Positions 7,969 to 10,417 of a stretch of DNA of 10,417 bases are shown here, piece after piece. The translations under genes and the position numbers were made by a program. Position 1 is the stretch's first letter. Each line of letters opens with the position of its first letter. Origin of the DNA: Candidatus Thorarchaeota archaeon SMTZ1-45 (GTDB taxonomy: Archaea; Asgardarchaeota; Thorarchaeia; Thorarchaeales; Thorarchaeaceae). The stretch is from assembly GCA_001563335.1 (NCBI GenBank), contig LRSL01000112.1, positions 1 to 10,417 of the forward strand. Reading direction: 5' to 3'. The notes below the pieces were generated by a model. That model ran no database searches and was not told where the DNA came from. It saw nothing but the letters and a program-made list of their open reading frames with translations.

Positions 7969-8769
7969 TTGACAGGTAAGTTTGGTCCGATTCTTGATGA
8001 CTTCATGCAAGAAGCTCTAAGGATAGAAAAAACAGCTGCTACATTAGGGATTCCCCTTCGTATTATCGGCTGTCTTGCATTCAGACTAAAGAGCCCTGAG
8101 TTTACAGATTTGCATATCAAGATGGGCCGTGAAGTCACGGACATTGATTTTGTTTCATATTACAACCATCGACAGAAGCTCATTAACCTCTTTCGAGATG
8201 ATCTTGGATATTATTGGGTTCCACCCAGTTTTGCAAGAGCGTCAACTCTCAGAGATTTATTCATTGACAAAGTGCGAGATCGGAAAATCGATGTTTTCTA
8301 TGATCATTTGGAATTTTGCCATAAGATTGACTTCAAGAAGAAGAAACGTTTAGATATTGACTCTCCGACAATTCCTCTGGCTGAATTGTTCTTAGAGAAG
8401 ACGCAGATAGTTGAGATAAATGCAAAGGACTTGAAAGATCTAATCATTACATTTCTTGCACATGATGTAAGAGAAGATGAGAGTGATCAAGGAATTAATG
8501 GTAAATATATTGCAAAGTTACTCTCTGACGATTGGGGATTCTATTATACAGTAACAGAGAATCTCAAGAAATTCATTGAATTTGTACCCAAGGTCAAAGA
8601 GATTGATCAGGATCAGAAGGACCTGGTTATTTCTAGGGCAAAGAAGTTGTATAAATTAATTGAAGATGCTCCGAAAACAGGTGGTTGGAAACGTCGTGCA
8701 AAGGTTGGCACAAAACAACGCTGGTACAAATTTGTTCATTCAATGGAAGGAACTCGAAACGCAAAGTAG
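7969..8769 (+). CDS. Uncharacterised nucleotidyltransferase-fold (DNA polymerase beta superfamily) protein
   Basis: 266 aa with LRIIGCLAF (hG-x-x-A), REVTDIDFV (DxD), a third acidic residue in KIDVF, and a later LEK...KDLKD helical motif. TTG start with GAGGTG RBS at 7954-7959. Confidence 0.68.
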   Translation: MTGKFGPILDDFMQEALRIEKTAATLGIPLRIIGCLAFRLKSPEFTDLHIKMGREVTDIDFVSYYNHRQKLINLFRDDLGYYWVPPSFARASTLRDLFIDKVRDRKIDVFYDHLEFCHKIDFKKKKRLDIDSPTIPLAELFLEKTQIVEINAKDLKDLIITFLAHDVREDESDQGINGKYIAKLLSDDWGFYYTVTENLKKFIEFVPKVKEIDQDQKDLVISRAKKLYKLIEDAPKTGGWKRRAKVGTKQRWYKFVHSMEGTRNAK

Positions 8770-8799
8770 AAAGAATCTGTTTGTAGGGGTCTTCGAACA

Positions 8800-9918
8800 A
8801 TGAAACTTTCGAAAGAGAACACATATGATATGCTTACAGGTGTAGGAATACTTGGAACGGGCGGTGGTGGAGATCCTGTTTCTTTTGGGAAACCAATGGT
8901 AGACTGGGATTATAGCAAGGGGCGAGTCTATGAAACAACACCTCCTGAAGATATCAAGGATGATGCTTTCATAGTCTGTGGAGGTTACATGGGCTCTGTT
9001 CAAGCATTCAAATCAGTGAGTGATATGCTAGAAGCATGGGAAACCCGATACGAGCTCCACGAAGCTATGAAAATATCTGAGAAAATTACAGGAAAGAAGG
9101 TAGATCATCTTGTCCCCTTTGAGCTCGGTGGAACCAATACGACTGTGATGCTTTCTTTAGCTGCTAGAGCAGGGATTACGACGGTTGATGGTGATGGTCT
9201 CGGAAGATCTGCTCCTGAAACTCAGATGATTACATTTGTGGGATATGGTATTGATCTTTGTCCCATGCCTGTTGTATCCAAGAATGGAAGTATAATTATT
9301 GTTGAGAAGACCACTTCTCCCGCACTTGCAGATGAAATTGGGAGATTCGCTGTCGTGAATGATGGTGGCGCTGGAGCAAACAACCATTACTACCAAACTG
9401 GAGCTCAACTCAAGAAAGCAGTTATTCCAAACAGCATTTCAAAGTCAATCGAACTTGGAGCCGCAATTCGTGATGCTAATGAGAACAAGAAGAATCCCAT
9501 TGATGCATTTCTAGACATCATGGGTGGTCAAGAACTAACTCAAGGCAAGATCGAGGAAGTCAAAGGTGAGGATCGTGCAGGACATTGGCATGTCTTGGTC
9601 CATATCAAACCTGAGAATCTTAAGGGACATTTTGAGGTTGTTGTTAAGAATGAATACATGATGGCAATGTGTGACAGTAAACCCGTGGTAATGTTCCCTG
9701 ACCTTATTTGCTTGCACAATCCTGATAATGGACATGGTCTGATGAGTGCTAGTCTCAAGAAAGGTATGGATGTAGTAGTTACCGCAGTCCCAGCTCATGA
9801 AAGACTTCGTTATGCTGGAAGTACTGAGATTGGGAGGAAAGCATTTTCTCCAGAGAGATATGGTCATCCTGAGTTCGAATATAAGCCAATGGAAGAGATA
9901 ATAGGAAGACTCCACTAA
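8800..9918 (+). CDS. DUF917-family protein (S-methyl thiohydantoin desulfurase-like), copy 2
   Basis: 372 aa with LGTGGGG, GYMGS, PFELGGTNT, VDGDGLGRSAPE, KNEY and FPDLI motifs. Starts 30 bp after the NTase stop. Confidence 0.9.
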   Translation: MKLSKENTYDMLTGVGILGTGGGGDPVSFGKPMVDWDYSKGRVYETTPPEDIKDDAFIVCGGYMGSVQAFKSVSDMLEAWETRYELHEAMKISEKITGKKVDHLVPFELGGTNTTVMLSLAARAGITTVDGDGLGRSAPETQMITFVGYGIDLCPMPVVSKNGSIIIVEKTTSPALADEIGRFAVVNDGGAGANNHYYQTGAQLKKAVIPNSISKSIELGAAIRDANENKKNPIDAFLDIMGGQELTQGKIEEVKGEDRAGHWHVLVHIKPENLKGHFEVVVKNEYMMAMCDSKPVVMFPDLICLHNPDNGHGLMSASLKKGMDVVVTAVPAHERLRYAGSTEIGRKAFSPERYGHPEFEYKPMEEIIGRLH

Positions 9919-9974
9919 TTTCACGAGTAAGCTATCTCAGCAATTGTATGAACTTACAAGGGAGTCGGTATCAA

Positions 9975-10417
9975 ATGACTAAACTAGCCCTCATTGGTGC
10001 AACGGGTATTGATTGGTGGAAAGATCCTAAGAAAAAATCCTTTGTTGATCTTCACACTCCCCCAGATTGTGAGATTGGAAATTTCACTCCTCGACATGGT
10101 ACTTATAGTATCGAGTCTCTCACAGATGAGGCATACAATGCACCTTTCATACTCGAGCAGGTAGTACTGGCAAACAAGGAGGGTTACGATGTCATCGTGA
10201 TAGATTGTGCATGTGATCCAGTGCTCGCGGCTGCACGTGAGGTGTCAAAGATTCCTGTTGTTGGTCCACTAAGTACTGCTCTCCATCTAGCTCTCACCTT
10301 AGGTACACGCTTCGGAGTCATTACAGTCCAAGGTGAAGCATTGAAGAAATGTATTGAACATGGTATTAGAAAAGAGGAGCTTGAGTCCTTTTGTGCTGGT
10401 GTTCGTTATCTGAAAAT
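9975..10417 (+). CDS. Hydantoin/allantoin racemase-like (Asp/Glu/hydantoin racemase family), 3' truncated
   Basis: Not in the ORF track. Manual translation: MTKLALIGATG...GTYSIESLTDEAYNAP...EGYDVIVIDCACDPVLAAAREVSKIPVVGP...LGTRFGVIT..., open to the window end. GGGAG RBS at 9960-9964. Confidence 0.88.
   Translation, partial: MTKLALIGATGIDWWKDPKKKSFVDLHTPPDCEIGNFTPRHGTYSIESLTDEAYNAPFILEQVVLANKEGYDVIVIDCACDPVLAAAREVSKIPVVGPLSTALHLALTLGTRFGVITVQGEALKKCIEHGIRKEELESFCAGVRYLK

Noticed and set aside
7969-8769. NTase as a CBASS cyclase, MNT-HEPN or AbiE toxin-antitoxin component
   Set aside because: No HEPN, AbiEi, Cap effector or E1/E2/JAB neighbour. It lacks the G-S motif typical of CD-NTases/MNTs and appears co-transcribed with metabolic genes.
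125-9924. Short alternative-frame and antisense ORFs from the track (e.g. 125-418, 2050-2346, 2255-2638, 2825-3292, 7860-8144, 9535-9924)
   Set aside because: All overlap longer, better-supported genes. They have no recognisable motifs and look like shadow ORFs.

Overview
Prokaryotic, most likely archaeal DNA. It shows TATA/BRE-like boxes, GAGGTG/AGGTGA ribosome-binding sites, several TTG starts and an archaeal-type APC permease; an anaerobic Asgard/Thorarchaeota-like source is a guess only. There are 11 protein-coding genes and no recognisable RNA genes, CRISPR arrays or mobile elements. In order: the 3' end of an MttB-family (trimethylamine methyltransferase) gene, a 4-Cys V4R/ATC-hydrolase-like protein, a HARE-HTH + Mrr-like protein with a degenerate catalytic motif, an APC amino-acid permease and two hypothetical proteins (one possibly tandem PH-like, one with 2 TM helices). 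These are followed by a mirror-arranged divergent cluster: DUF917 <- metallophosphoesterase <- -> Pol-beta-type nucleotidyltransferase-like -> DUF917 -> hydantoin/Asp-Glu racemase (partial, missing from the ORF track). The best candidate for an undescribed system is the nucleotidyltransferase/phosphoesterase pair embedded in a (thio)hydantoin/methylated-amine catabolic locus. All family calls come from motif recognition by eye, not database searches.
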